The notes: generated by a model not told the origin, from the sequence alone. DNA of 64,000 nt from Meyerozyma guilliermondii (GCA_051546255.1 CP128815.1:1054001-1118000), one strand, 5' to 3'. Shown: positions 10,091-21,108, counted from the first letter of the stretch. Program-made: numbers and translations.

Positions 10091-12094
10091 CTATCTCTTT
10101 CCCTTCTTCTTCACGCTGACTCCTATTCCCTCTAGACTCTCCCACACGCTAGCAGGCACCTTTTTGGTCAATTTGCGGCCATAAAGACACTGGTCAACCA
10201 ACCACATGCCAACGAGAAATTCGGGCTTATTTAAGGTGCCGTCCTTTCTATAATCAACTAATTCCCAAATATCACGTAAAGTCTCCGAAGGTAACCTGCT
10301 TCGTTCCCAAATCCTTTCCACGACCGAGCTGTGTATTAATTGACTGATCTCGGCATTGGTGATGTTGTGAAATTCGGCACTTTGATAGCCACCATTTGCA
10401 CCCAGTACGGTATCAGCCTGCTGCTTTGCAGAAAGTCTTGCCGCCTTCATTGAATCTTCTTCGTCGACTATAATCTTCTGTTCTGATCCTCCTCCGCTAC
10501 CGTAATCAATTCCATTGATTCTAGTTACCACATAATTGAAGTAGGTTCCCCGGTTACTCGCCCACACTCCTTCGTATCTCTTGCGATCAGCTTCCGAGAT
10601 CCGGTCAAGATCACTATGATTCTTCCATGGTTTGTCCACATCAAACAGTTTTTTGTCTTTTTTCTTCTTCTTCGAATCTCTCATTGTGGTCTTGAGCTGG
10701 ACATGTTGCAGCTTCTGATGCACTAAAGGTGGAGCGGTGGCTCTCGAAACAGGAACAGTCGCCTTGGGATACTCAAAATCTGATTCAGAGCCCAGTTCAG
10801 TCATCTTTCCAACATTCTGGTTCGATTCGCCGTGGCGTTTGCGGATCTTAAACTTTGTGCTTGAGGTATCCAACTCTGGATACTGAGGAAGTTTTATAGG
10901 TTTAGACAAGTCACTGTCGTTGCTTCCCATACGGTTGCGGCCCATGCTTTCGTTGTCTGTCAGATAAGAGCCTGCGTCGAGCAGTGAACGTGAACTACCT
11001 GGATTCAAGGACGAACTATCTGAGAAGAATGCCCCATCTAAGTCTGTAGTCGGTTTGAGTTCTGGTGGAGGTTTTCTTTTTGGTTTCTTGTTTTTGTCTT
11101 CGTTCTTCTCCTTCTCCACCTGATATTTCAAGCTCGAGAGATGAGAACGAGCATCGTCGGCGGAGCCTGCCGAATTAGCAGATCTTGCACACGCATTCAG
11201 AGACGGTGGAATGAGAATTGGCGCTGTATTTCTGCGTTCCTGGTCGATATCGGAGTCTTCTCGTGGAGACAGTAAATCATACTGGCTGTTGAACGGGGAA
11301 TCGACCACTATACTTGGAGTTTCAGGACCACGATCATGAAGGTCGATGTTCAGATCTGGATTACTGTATGCCAGAGGAACAGATTCAAATGATGAGTATG
11401 AGTAGTTTGGCGAGTGAGCCTCATATGGTGATCGTAGTTCGTCAGGTGGAGCAAAATTGTAGGGTGAATTTGAACTGGTATCAAGAACAATCATGCTACT
11501 GTTGGCCTGAGTAGTTATACGTTTCAGCTCTATGCTCTCGCGAATTCCATTGATGGTTGCCATGTTTCTCTCGTTCACCTTGGCTTGGTTGGGTATGTTT
11601 CTCGTCCTATCGTTGATCGACTGGCGGATCTTGGTGAGCATATCACTGGGCTGGTTCTCTTGGGCAAGACGTTTGGCCTCAGAAGCGTGCCTTTTGGCCT
11701 CTATAGAGTCTTTCACCGACTTGATCATGTTCAGGGGAAGACTGGCCGAAGATGTAGAAGGTGATGTCATTTGTTTAGGGGTTGTAGTTCGATACAATGG
11801 CAGTGGTGAGCTACTTCGTTGACGATTATTTTCAACATTTTTCTTCGTTTCATGGCCACTTGCCGTTACTACCGATAGTTGGGGCTTTTGTGGAGCCTTT
11901 GGCGGCAGTCTATTAATTGCATTGACAGCTGTAGCATTTCTTGAATTTGTTAGGCGACCAGAAGGATTTCGTTTAACATTGCGTTCAGGTGATTGATGAA
12001 CCTTTGAAGGATTCTGGTCTGTTTTAGGGTGTGTGCTGATGCTCTTAAAAGCAGCCAATGCCGCAGCTTGGCTTGTGGACTGGCCAGCAGACAT
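10091..12094 (-). CDS. IRS4: EH-domain protein Irs4/Tax4
   Basis: Low-complexity N-terminus, LKTTMR..FDVDKPWK..RKRYEGVWASN, and C-terminal EH domain IWERSRLP..IWELVD..EFLVGMWLVDQCLYGRKL. Confidence 0.85.
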   Translation of the reverse strand: MSAGQSTSQAAALAAFKSISTHPKTDQNPSKVHQSPERNVKRNPSGRLTNSRNATAVNAINRLPPKAPQKPQLSVVTASGHETKKNVENNRQRSSSPLPLYRTTTPKQMTSPSTSSASLPLNMIKSVKDSIEAKRHASEAKRLAQENQPSDMLTKIRQSINDRTRNIPNQAKVNERNMATINGIRESIELKRITTQANSSMIVLDTSSNSPYNFAPPDELRSPYEAHSPNYSYSSFESVPLAYSNPDLNIDLHDRGPETPSIVVDSPFNSQYDLLSPREDSDIDQERRNTAPILIPPSLNACARSANSAGSADDARSHLSSLKYQVEKEKNEDKNKKPKRKPPPELKPTTDLDGAFFSDSSSLNPGSSRSLLDAGSYLTDNESMGRNRMGSNDSDLSKPIKLPQYPELDTSSTKFKIRKRHGESNQNVGKMTELGSESDFEYPKATVPVSRATAPPLVHQKLQHVQLKTTMRDSKKKKKDKKLFDVDKPWKNHSDLDRISEADRKRYEGVWASNRGTYFNYVVTRINGIDYGSGGGSEQKIIVDEEDSMKAARLSAKQQADTVLGANGGYQSAEFHNITNAEISQLIHSSVVERIWERSRLPSETLRDIWELVDYRKDGTLNKPEFLVGMWLVDQCLYGRKLTKKVPASVWESLEGIGVSVKKKGKR

Positions 12095-12319
12095 CAGATG
12101 GATAAGATAACAGTTGGGTGCTGCCAGATGAAAGTTAAACTGAAGTCACGTGCAGTGGGTGCAAATGAGGCAGAGTAGAGAGCAGGTAGACGAGAGGTTT
12201 GAAATTAGATGTTGAGTATAAGTATTAGAAGAATGTCTCTTTTGCTATAAATGTAGAAGTGGTTTTTTGTTCTTGAATGTAGTAGATTATTGTTGTTTTA
12301 TGTTACTAGTATAGTATGA

Positions 12320-13777
12320 CTATTTCCGCCGCCTGGAAGAATTGACATAACGTCCTCTACCCACTTGGACTCCGGACGGCCTAATTGTCTGTTGCGTAGT
12401 AAATGGAGACATATAGTTGTCCGCACTGCCTCCTCCTATCCATTCTTGAAGCATTTTTTCATTTTGGCGCCGTTGCCAATCGTCGTCTTTCACCGCTTGC
12501 TGGTATTCCTTCTGGTCTTCTCGAAGAAGAAGTGGATTTTGTAACGATTTGTGACGATTCTGTTTGTTGTGTTGGTAACCACCATTTCCTTGTAATCTTT
12601 GTTGGTTCTTGGACAAAGGAGATGGAAGCGAAAACTTGTTTCCTCGCTTTATCCATTGGAAGTTGGCTTTCAAATGTGGAGTGACTTTACCGGTTTCATT
12701 ATCGATGGAAACCGCACATCTCAAGAGTGTATTGCCTCCACATTTGGGACAGAAATGCTTGGGTCGACCATCCTTGGGAATTGGGGTGAGGCGAAAGCAC
12801 GCATGGCATCGATACATATAATTTCGTACCCTTTTAATTTGTCTTCCAGACATGGCATTCATCAAATTTAAACCAATTTGCATTGCCACGTTCTGACATG
12901 CAAAATCTCCCGTGGCAAGTGCAACTTTGATGAATGGACCAGATTTCTCCTTGGTTTCTTTCACCTGCTCGTTATTATCCTTTAACATTTCTTGCATCAA
13001 GTTCTCGGGAGTGATCCAATCTCCATCGTCTTCTTCTTCATCGTAGGTTTCATTCACATCCGTAGAATCCTTTATTCCTGGTTGAGTAGTATCATTGTCT
13101 TCCAAAATAGTTGCTGGTTCAGATGTCTCTTCTTGGGCATCCAATTCCTTCTGTAACTCTGCTTCTCTCTTTGCTCTCTGCTTCTTTCCTCCTCTCCGTC
13201 TTGGTTTCTTTGGCGCCGTTGACTCTGCTTCTTGATTGGTTTCTTCCTTTTGGGTTTCTTGGGAAATTTCAGATTTCTTGGTTTCTTGTGCATTCTCAGA
13301 TTCTTTGGTTTCCTGACTTTCTTCAGTTGTGTTCGTCTCTGTAGAGTTTTCAGTATTCTTGGTGTCTTCTTTTCTTCTCCGTTCAAATACTTCCCCAGGA
13401 AACTTTCTCAATCTCCAATCTCCCTTATTATATTCGACTTCAAGTTCATAAGCCAAGGCTATAATATGCAAATCATTGAGAGACAACACGGCATAATCTC
13501 CCGTGAGCTTCGCAAAAGAAACCACTTTTTTGATAAATTCGGGCTTGGGGTGTCTTATCTGAAGCTTATCTCCCCACAAGATCAATTGCTGACGAACAGT
13601 TTCATCTTTCAATTCTGCGTGAACACCTGGAGTGGTGAAAAATGTTGTGGCATGCTGTTGTAAGGACGATGCAGGTTGGGTAATGAGCGGACCCGCATCT
13701 AGGACAAGTGTTTTGATGTTTGGCGTCGTTTCGTGGCCTTCAAAACCTGGTTTCAGTTCTTCATGAGCCATAGACAT
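12320..13777 (-). CDS. NOB1: 20S pre-rRNA D-site endonuclease Nob1 (PIN domain plus Zn ribbon)
   Basis: LVLDAGPLI, TGDYAVLS, ATGDFACQNV and zinc ribbon RCHAC...FCPKCG. Confidence 0.95.
   Translation of the reverse strand: MSMAHEELKPGFEGHETTPNIKTLVLDAGPLITQPASSLQQHATTFFTTPGVHAELKDETVRQQLILWGDKLQIRHPKPEFIKKVVSFAKLTGDYAVLSLNDLHIIALAYELEVEYNKGDWRLRKFPGEVFERRRKEDTKNTENSTETNTTEESQETKESENAQETKKSEISQETQKEETNQEAESTAPKKPRRRGGKKQRAKREAELQKELDAQEETSEPATILEDNDTTQPGIKDSTDVNETYDEEEDDGDWITPENLMQEMLKDNNEQVKETKEKSGPFIKVALATGDFACQNVAMQIGLNLMNAMSGRQIKRVRNYMYRCHACFRLTPIPKDGRPKHFCPKCGGNTLLRCAVSIDNETGKVTPHLKANFQWIKRGNKFSLPSPLSKNQQRLQGNGGYQHNKQNRHKSLQNPLLLREDQKEYQQAVKDDDWQRRQNEKMLQEWIGGGSADNYMSPFTTQQTIRPSGVQVGRGRYVNSSRRRK
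13250..13326 (-). repeat. Degenerate 27-bp (9-codon) tandem repeat in the acidic insert of NOB1
   Basis: TCAG units at 13269, 13296 and 13323 (period 27); encodes ESQETKESE/NAQETKKSE/ISQETQKEE. Confidence 0.65.
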
Positions 13778-14612
13778 CTTTCTGAAGCTAGAAGAATTTG
13801 AAATTTATGCGATGATGTACTGCACAGTTGTAACCTACCCCAGAAGTCAGATAATCTGGTGGTAAAGGTAATTGACATTGACTACTGAAAGTAGACTAGA
13901 AGGAATCTCGTAGTGATGTTTTATGCCTTCTGTCGTGAAAAGAGAAGTTTTGATCTTTGTCTCGATATGCTGAAGACTATGATAAGCTGGTGGTCGTAGT
14001 GCAGGTTCCTGTATATCGGTACCCATGAGAAGTTTAAGGCTACTGATCTAAACCAATCCACAGTAGGAAACAATTTTCTCACATAGTTTTTCAATACTAA
14101 TATTTCTTGTGAGAATACCTTAGTTCGAACAACTATATTTGAATATTTGAAACGTAAGTTTACACCACAACCGAAGAAATCCAACTATCATTGATTCAGC
14201 AAACGCAAATATAATCCGAGTATCTGACCTAAATATGAGAGCTCCATAGTTTATAGGCTGAGACATTTCAGATCAGAAAGTGAAAAAATTTGGGTATTGT
14301 TCGGTTTCCAGGAGATAAAGGCTTCAATTTTGCAACCATTCAATCTCAATACGAGCTTAAAAACACATGTAGATATCAAGCGAAACCCTGAACAGCAACA
14401 AATGTGGTTCTGTAGACACATTCAAGCAATCCAGAGTTGAATCGTAAATCGGCATAAATGCAAGGGTCCTTATTTTTACGGGGAATACTGTATATTGTTT
14501 CTGCACCAACTCAGCCTGCATTTTTCGCAGCAATTTTAGTTTAAACGACGTAGGTTTATCACATGACGGGTATATAAGAACCAAAGTCAGCTCGTAACCC
14601 AACTTTTCAGCA

Positions 14613-15391
14613 ATGGGTGATAAAATTATCTTGCACTGGTATGTGGTTACGAAAGTTGATATTTTGCAACTGGAATTGCTTTATATTGCCATACTAACAT
14701 TAGGCTTAATCAATCTCGGTCTCAGAGAATCTTGTGGTTGCTTGAGGAATTGAACCTCGATTATGAACTTAAAACCTACAAGAGGACCAAAGATTTTCGG
14801 GCACCTGCTGAATTGGAAAAGGTCCATCCATTGGGTAAATCTCCTGTCATTGAGGTGATCCGTGATGGTAAGTCACTGGTGATTGCTGAAACTGGACACA
14901 TTATTGATTATTTGATTAAAAACTACGATACGTCCAAGAAACTCGTTCCTGCTACAGAAGAAGACAAGGAACAGGTTGACTATTTCTTGCACTATTGTGA
15001 AGGTACTTTGCAACCACTTTTGGTATCGTTGTTGGTCAATGGTTATGCAGTTCAGATGGCACCATTTCCTGTCAAATTTCTTGTTCGTATGATCACCAAC
15101 GAACTAAACAAGGCTTACTACAAGACTGAGCTCATGAAGAATCTCAAATACTTGGACAACTACTTGGCGAAGAGAAAGACAAAGTTCTTTGTGGGAGACA
15201 AGTTGAGTGGTGCTGATATCATTCTTGAGTTTCCTCTTATTGAAAACTTGACAGATAACAAAAGAATCAAGGAATTTGCTGGTGATGATTTTGACTTGAG
15301 AAAGCTTTTTCCTAACATCTGTGAGTGGTCCGACCGGATTCTCAAGGAACCAAAGCTTATCAAGGCGAATGAAAAGGTTGCGAAATTGTAG
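14613..15391 (+). CDS. Glutathione S-transferase, Gtt1 family, copy 1 (exons 14613-14638 and 14704-15391); C-terminal AKL
   Basis: Spliced N-terminus MGDKIILHWLNQSRSQRILWLLEEL; HPLGKSP, AETGHI and FFVGDKLSGADI motifs. Confidence 0.92.
14639..14703 (+). other. Spliceosomal intron, 65 nt, phase 2
   Basis: GTATGT...TACTAAC-ATTAG; removal restores the conserved HWL..SR start of the GST. Confidence 0.92.
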
Positions 15392-15624
15392 GAAGACTGC
15401 AACGACTGTGTATATGATATGATGTTGATATTCTATGAAAATATATGCTACTGCTTTATGATAAGTACTCCGATACTACCCTATACTCGATACTACTTTA
15501 TAGTCCGGTTCTATTTTTCCCATGCCCGTGCCTATAACCGGGTGAAATTCCCCGCGATATTTCTTGCGCTCAAACCTCGGTAGGGTCCTTCTCGTATATA
15601 AACCGAAAAGTGTTCGCAATTGTC

Positions 15625-16376
15625 ATGGGTGAGAAAATCGTGGTATATGGGTAAGTATATTTTGATCTGATGCAAGGCCATACTAATCCAGCTTCAAAGG
15701 GTCTCGGGCGGATACCATTATCTGGCTCTTAGAGGAATTAGGAGTTGAATATGAAGTCAAGTATGTTCAACTTAAAAGGATGTTCACGGCTCCCAAAGAG
15801 TTCAAAGACTTCCACCGCTTGGGAAAGGCTCCTATAGTGACGATCACAAAGGACAATGGCGAAGTGATCACCCTTGCTGAGTCGGGCCATGTTTGCTCTT
15901 ATTTTCTTAGACATTACGATACCAACAAAAAATTGCTTCCCAATGTCAAAAATGCTGAAGAAAAGGTCGACTATTTCCTCCACTACTTGGAAGGCACTCT
16001 CATGACATCTGTAATTGGACTTGTCGTCACTTTTTCTACCACAAGAAGACACAAGCATCTTCGCGACGATTTTCAGAACATGATTGGTACCTATTTTTTA
16101 CCCGAATTACGCAACAACCTCCTGTATTTGACTGAACAACTAAAAAAATCATCCGGACCATACTTCTTGGGAGACAAGTTGTCTGTCGTAGATATTTACT
16201 TATCGTATCCATTTTCAGGGTTGATTGGACCTACATACGGCTTATTCACCGGCAGCGAAAAGAAGCTTGAAGACGATTATCCAGAGTTGGCAAAATGGAT
16301 GGAAACACTCAAGAATGAGCCAGGAAGAATCAAGGCATATTCCAATATCGATCTGAATATCGTTCTGAAGCTTTAA
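15625..16376 (+). CDS. Divergent glutathione S-transferase, Gtt1 family, copy 2 (exons 15625-15650 and 15692-16376); C-terminal SKL under CUG=Ser
   Basis: Spliced N-terminus MGEKIVVYGFKGSRADTIIWLLEEL is in frame with ORF 15780-16376; HRLGKAP, LAESGHV, YFLGDKLSVVDI. Confidence 0.88.
15651..15691 (+). other. Spliceosomal intron, 41 nt, phase 2
   Basis: GTAAGT...TACTAAT-CCAG; same codon position as the introns of the two neighbouring GSTs. Confidence 0.82.
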
Positions 16377-16531
16377 TATGCGAAGCTGGTAATTTTCTGT
16401 CGTAAATTAAATGTACATGTATGATGCCGCATGCAGCATTGACCCAGTAGACTTGCCCGATTAGGAAATTGTCCCCGCCTTTTCCTAGCCTAATAGAACC
16501 CTCTCTACTCGTAGTTTCTTTATCCTTACAA

Positions 16532-17358
16532 ATGGGCGCTGGAGATCACGGCGACAAATTCATCCTCCATTGGTATGTATTAGACTTTTATTGCAGACAT
16601 GAGAAACTAACCCAAGGCTTAATGAGTCGAGAGCACAAAGAGTAATATGGTTGATGGAAGTGCTTGATTTGGAGTACGAGGTAAAAGTGTACCTTAGACA
16701 TCCTCAGACTTGGCGTGGGCCCCCTGAGTTGTTCAAGGCTCATCCTCTTGGAAAAGCGCCCGTACTCGAAGTTATTTTCGGCGATGGCTCACCACCTTTA
16801 AAGTTGGCTGAAACTGGATTGATTTTCCAATACTTGTTAAACAATTATGACCATGAAAACTTGCTTACTCCAACAGATCCCCGTGATAAGCTCAAGGTTG
16901 ACTACTTTTTACACTATGCTGAGGGCACATTGCAGGGACTTTTAATCACCCTTCTTATCAACTCTGTCGCAAAGAAGATTGCACCTTTTGGATTCCAGAC
17001 TCTCGCCAAACTTGTTACTAGAGGTCTTAATAACGGTTACTACTTACACGAATGGTACCTTAGTGTCGATTTCCTCGAAAGTGAGCTCAAGAAAAATGGA
17101 ACCGGATATTTTGTGGGAGACCGTTTGTCGGCTGCTGATATCATGCTTTCGTTCCCAGTCTATGAAAATATCTTTGACAATCCTGGCGGTATAAAGGAGT
17201 GTGTGGGAATAACCGATGATTTGTACAAGCTTTATCCAAACTTGGGAGGATGGTGTTGCCGCATCAGAGACGACCCAGTGTACGTTAAGATTGGAGCTAT
17301 GATGGACGAAAAGGTAGAACAGTTCAAGCAGAAAAAGGGACGTAGAAAGAGCAAGTAG
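16532..17358 (+). CDS. Glutathione S-transferase, Gtt1 family, copy 3 (exons 16532-16572 and 16617-17358); basic C-terminal tail
   Basis: Spliced N-terminus MGAGDHGDKFILHWLNESRAQRVIWLMEVL; HPLGKAP, AETGLI, YFVGDRLSAADI. Confidence 0.9.
16573..16616 (+). other. Spliceosomal intron, 44 nt, phase 2, AAG acceptor
   Basis: GTATGT...AACTAAC-CCAAG; this acceptor restores HWLNESR in frame with ORF 16651-17358. Confidence 0.85.
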
Positions 17359-17453
17359 TGTTTTATAGTGGTGTTAGAAACTCAATATGATGTAAATTAC
17401 GTTAGTTGTTTTGGGTGCAAATTTTTCGAAATTTGCAAAATTTGGTCTTTTGA

Positions 17454-18842
17454 CTATTCTTCGAAATATGAAGTGTCCTTACTACTCATCAGCAATTGAA
17501 ACCAGTTTGCCATACAGTTTTGATCATCAAGGTGTTTCCATCGACTGAATTTACCCGCTGTACATCTTGAAGTTTTTGGATTGTTGGGACAGTTATAGTA
17601 TGGGTCATGTTCGTATCCAAGATCACGGAACCAATGAATGTCTCTTTTATCGGCAAAAAGTGCCAATCCTATCGAGTGTACTGGGGCATCACCCCATCTC
17701 TCGTAGTAGAATTTTCCAGTGGAATCAAGATACTTGAACCATTCACTATAGGCCTCCGACCGAAAAAAGTCCATATCACCAATTTCGAAATTTGACCAAA
17801 AATGGCACGTTGAGTAACCACCAGCTACCAGATTCTTCTTGGGGTTCTGCTTATTTTCAAGCAACCATTGATGGGCACCATTCGGGTTCACGTACTTGTA
17901 ATTGTCTCCTTGGTTCAAGAAGTTTAACGTTTCTGGCCATAAGGTTGCAACCGTTTCATCAATGTCATAAAGGTTCACAGTGAATCCGTACACTTTTTTC
18001 GCCTTCTCCATATACTTCAACACATCATACTGAACATCGGTAAAGAAGTCGACATTTGGTTCAATACGCCAGTAGTATTTGAATTGCTTGAGTTCAGGAA
18101 CATTGTAAAAAGTTCCCAGGTAGAATCGACACATATTGTGGTACGACGCTTTTTTAGCGTAGGCTATATTGTGATTCGCCATAATGTTCATGGCCTCCAG
18201 CTCTCTAGTCACATCTATAAACTCGGGTTTGTCCCAGAGCTCTGGAGGAATGACAACAAAGTTTAAGGGTGCTTCAGTTGTTTGAGCCATCTTGTCTTTG
18301 AATCTTTGTGTGAACGGTTCGTCGTTAATAAAGGTATAGGGGTAGCGATACTTGGAATTGAACGACTTTTCAAAGCGCCGAATCGTTCTGCGAATACTAG
18401 TCATCTCTTGATTGCGCACGAGTGCAATAATAGTGGCATTGGCCCTAACATATTGATCAATGTGTTTTTTATCTGGAGGTCTCAAATCGGTGAGATCGAT
18501 ATCTTTTGGTTCTGTGACTTCTTTTGCCAATTCAGCTTCGTACACTGCCTTGTTATTTTCCAATACTTCCTCAGGGGAACCACTTTTACCCATGGGGTTC
18601 GTAAAGCGAAATTTGACATTTGCCGGTTCGAGGTGCCAGCCCCATTGGCGATAGGTTTCACTAGTATACATGAGAGGATCGAGGTGTTGTCCCAACTTCT
18701 TGAATGCCGTAGATGAGTATAAAAGGGATTTCGCATCCTCATGCTTATAGAGTAATAGTAAAGGGATCAAGATCAACACGTTAACTAGTCCCACGATCAA
18801 TAGTACGGTTTTCGAAACCTTCACGGATAATGCGTTGATCAT
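17454..18842 (-). CDS. Alpha-1,2-mannosyltransferase, GT15 (Kre2/Ktr/Mnt family)
   Basis: N-terminal membrane anchor, RANATIIALVRN, YPYTFINDEPF, SYHNMCRFY(S)G, YYWRIEP, CHFWSNFEIG, YERWGDAPVHS. Confidence 0.93.
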   Translation of the reverse strand: MINALSVKVSKTVLLIVGLVNVLILIPLLLLYKHEDAKSLLYSSTAFKKLGQHLDPLMYTSETYRQWGWHLEPANVKFRFTNPMGKSGSPEEVLENNKAVYEAELAKEVTEPKDIDLTDLRPPDKKHIDQYVRANATIIALVRNQEMTSIRRTIRRFEKSFNSKYRYPYTFINDEPFTQRFKDKMAQTTEAPLNFVVIPPELWDKPEFIDVTRELEAMNIMANHNIAYAKKASYHNMCRFYLGTFYNVPELKQFKYYWRIEPNVDFFTDVQYDVLKYMEKAKKVYGFTVNLYDIDETVATLWPETLNFLNQGDNYKYVNPNGAHQWLLENKQNPKKNLVAGGYSTCHFWSNFEIGDMDFFRSEAYSEWFKYLDSTGKFYYERWGDAPVHSIGLALFADKRDIHWFRDLGYEHDPYYNCPNNPKTSRCTAGKFSRWKHLDDQNCMANWFQLLMSSKDTSYFEE

Positions 18843-19044
18843 TTTTTATCAGTATAAAAAGGGCATAAGGATCGAATCTAGTTCCGTGGATGCCCGGAAT
18901 TGAAAAAGAATAGGGCTTTTTGTATGCAAAGCCTCGTTATAGGCTATGCTTGCCGGCGCATTATAACTGGCAATTGGAATCGCACTGGTTTTCCGGCAGA
19001 TAAGTTCATCGAACAAGAAATCGTTAAACCTACAAACTAGTTGG

Positions 19045-21108
19045 ATGATACAACGGGTGATATACGGCTCTTTGAGACGTGAGATTTGGCATACGTATAC
19101 ACCCAGGTATATCAGACACATATCTAACACCAATTTTCTCAGAAGCAAACTCCCTCCACCAGAATTTGTTCTTCCTCAATTCAACTTTCCGGCTGCAACT
19201 CATTCGATTCAAGCTATTACTAGCAACTTGGATTCATATCTAGACAACAAGGATGTCATAGTCTTGCATGGACACCTCAATAGAACACCTAGGATTCGTT
19301 CCAAGATCAGCTTCGCTGAATTGCGAGACGTAAGTGGAGATACTGTTCAGCTCATCTTGATGCCAGATCGGACCCCTCCAGAATATTTCGACATATTAAG
19401 CAAGACATCTACAGAAGATTCAATATGTGTCAGTGGCACAGTTCAATTGAAAAAGCTTGTTGCAGGTGAACTGCGCAAGTGGGAACTCGTGATAACTAGC
19501 ATTCAACTTCTTAATCTGGCCAATGAAGAGGCAGCACGTTTAGACAAACTCAAGCATTCAGATCCGAACAAATTGCCTCCTCATTATAGATTTCTCCAGC
19601 TTCGTACCAAAGAGCTTCAAAAAAATCTACGTACAAGGTCCAAAATGGCAGCTGTTGTTAGACATGTCTTAGGAGAGAAGCACAATTTTACCGAAATTGA
19701 AACCCCATTGCTTTTCAAGTCTACACCAGAGGGAGCCCGGGAATTCTTGGTTCCTACCAGGAGCCCAAACAAGTTCTACGCTTTACCTCAATCTCCCCAA
19801 CAGTATAAGCAAATTTTGATGAGTTCGGGCTTCACAAGATATTATCAACTCGCCAAATGCTTTCGTGACGAGGACTTGAGAGCCGATAGACAGCCGGAAT
19901 TTACCCAAGTGGATCTCGAAATGAGCTTTATAAGTCACTCTGACCAGGTCTTGTGCGTGGTAGAAGACGTCATTTATGGCATTTGCAACAATGTTGCCTC
20001 GAAGCCTGTTTACACATTAAACGAGGACGGTTACATTATCGAGGCTCAAAAGAATGGCACAAGTCCTTCCTTCTACAAATTATCCTATAAAAGTGCATTA
20101 GAAAAGTACGGCATTGATAAGCCAGACTTGAGATCATCTTTGCAGTTCGTGAATCTTTCATCATATTTCAAGCCTGTTAACTGTCCCGATGAGTTTAATA
20201 TTATAGAGGCTTGCATTTTGAAAGGTGCTTTGGCAAAATGTGCACATTGTGATATTCCAGACTCTTTGACGAATCCAGACAACTATTCTCGCAGAGCTCC
20301 TTCAATAATCCCAATAACAAATTCATCTGCAACAACCTGGTTTGAAACCCTCACTAAAGATGGTGTCATGGTCCCAGTTGACTCTTTTGACCCTCAAAAG
20401 TTGAATGAGCTGCTCGGCCTCGAAGAAGGTGACATAATAGCTATAAGCAACCGAAGTGAACATCCTTATGAAAATCCAACGCCTTTAGGTAGGTTCAGAA
20501 ATCTCGCCATGGCTGAGTATCCCGATAAATGGAAAAGAAAGCTTATTGACAGTTCTGGAAATACTTCTGTACCGCCTTCAGACGCTTTTGTTTCCTGTTG
20601 GGTTCATGACTTTCCCTTATTCAGCCCAAGCGAAGAAAACAGTGGCAGTAATGATCTTTATCCAAAATACAATTGGGACCATCGAGAGTCGACTCACCAT
20701 CCATTTACTATGGTGAAGTCGGAGGATTATTCACTTTTGGAATCTGACCCATACTTGGCACATGGTGAACACTACGACCTTGTCATAAATGGCGTTGAAG
20801 TCGGCGGTGGATCTAGAAGAATTCACAACCCATTGGTGCAACAGTACGTTTTGGAGGAAGTTCTCAAGATTAAAAATTATAACAGCTTATTTGGCCATTT
20901 GTTAGAAGCATTATCTTTTGGATGTCCTCCACATGCTGGATTGGCATTAGGTTTTGATAGACTATGTGCTATGGTTGTTGGAACTCAATCCATAAGAGAC
21001 GTTATTGCTTTCCCCAAAAACCAATCTGGTGTGGATCCAGTGGTTTCTAGTCCTTCAAATGTGGATTCTGAGACATTGGCAGACTACTATATCCAAACTA
21101 TAGATTGA
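19045..21108 (+). CDS. MSD1: Mitochondrial aspartyl-tRNA synthetase
   Basis: Presequence, EIETPLLFKSTPEGAREFLVP, ALPQSPQQYKQ, CFRDEDLRADRQPEFTQ, PPHAGLALGFDR. Confidence 0.95.
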   Translation: MIQRVIYGSLRREIWHTYTPRYIRHISNTNFLRSKLPPPEFVLPQFNFPAATHSIQAITSNLDSYLDNKDVIVLHGHLNRTPRIRSKISFAELRDVSGDTVQLILMPDRTPPEYFDILSKTSTEDSICVSGTVQLKKLVAGELRKWELVITSIQLLNLANEEAARLDKLKHSDPNKLPPHYRFLQLRTKELQKNLRTRSKMAAVVRHVLGEKHNFTEIETPLLFKSTPEGAREFLVPTRSPNKFYALPQSPQQYKQILMSSGFTRYYQLAKCFRDEDLRADRQPEFTQVDLEMSFISHSDQVLCVVEDVIYGICNNVASKPVYTLNEDGYIIEAQKNGTSPSFYKLSYKSALEKYGIDKPDLRSSLQFVNLSSYFKPVNCPDEFNIIEACILKGALAKCAHCDIPDSLTNPDNYSRRAPSIIPITNSSATTWFETLTKDGVMVPVDSFDPQKLNELLGLEEGDIIAISNRSEHPYENPTPLGRFRNLAMAEYPDKWKRKLIDSSGNTSVPPSDAFVSCWVHDFPLFSPSEENSGSNDLYPKYNWDHRESTHHPFTMVKSEDYSLLESDPYLAHGEHYDLVINGVEVGGGSRRIHNPLVQQYVLEEVLKIKNYNSLFGHLLEALSFGCPPHAGLALGFDRLCAMVVGTQSIRDVIAFPKNQSGVDPVVSSPSNVDSETLADYYIQTID

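Noticed and set aside
13921..14602. Small ORFs or a C/D snoRNA in the NOB1-GST spacer
   Set aside because: No proper ATG starts or homology, and no canonical box C with terminal stem or recognisable rRNA guide.
16591..16596. Alternative acceptor TTGCAG in the GST copy 3 intron
   Set aside because: Lies upstream of the branch site and would give a 24-nt intron with a broken frame.
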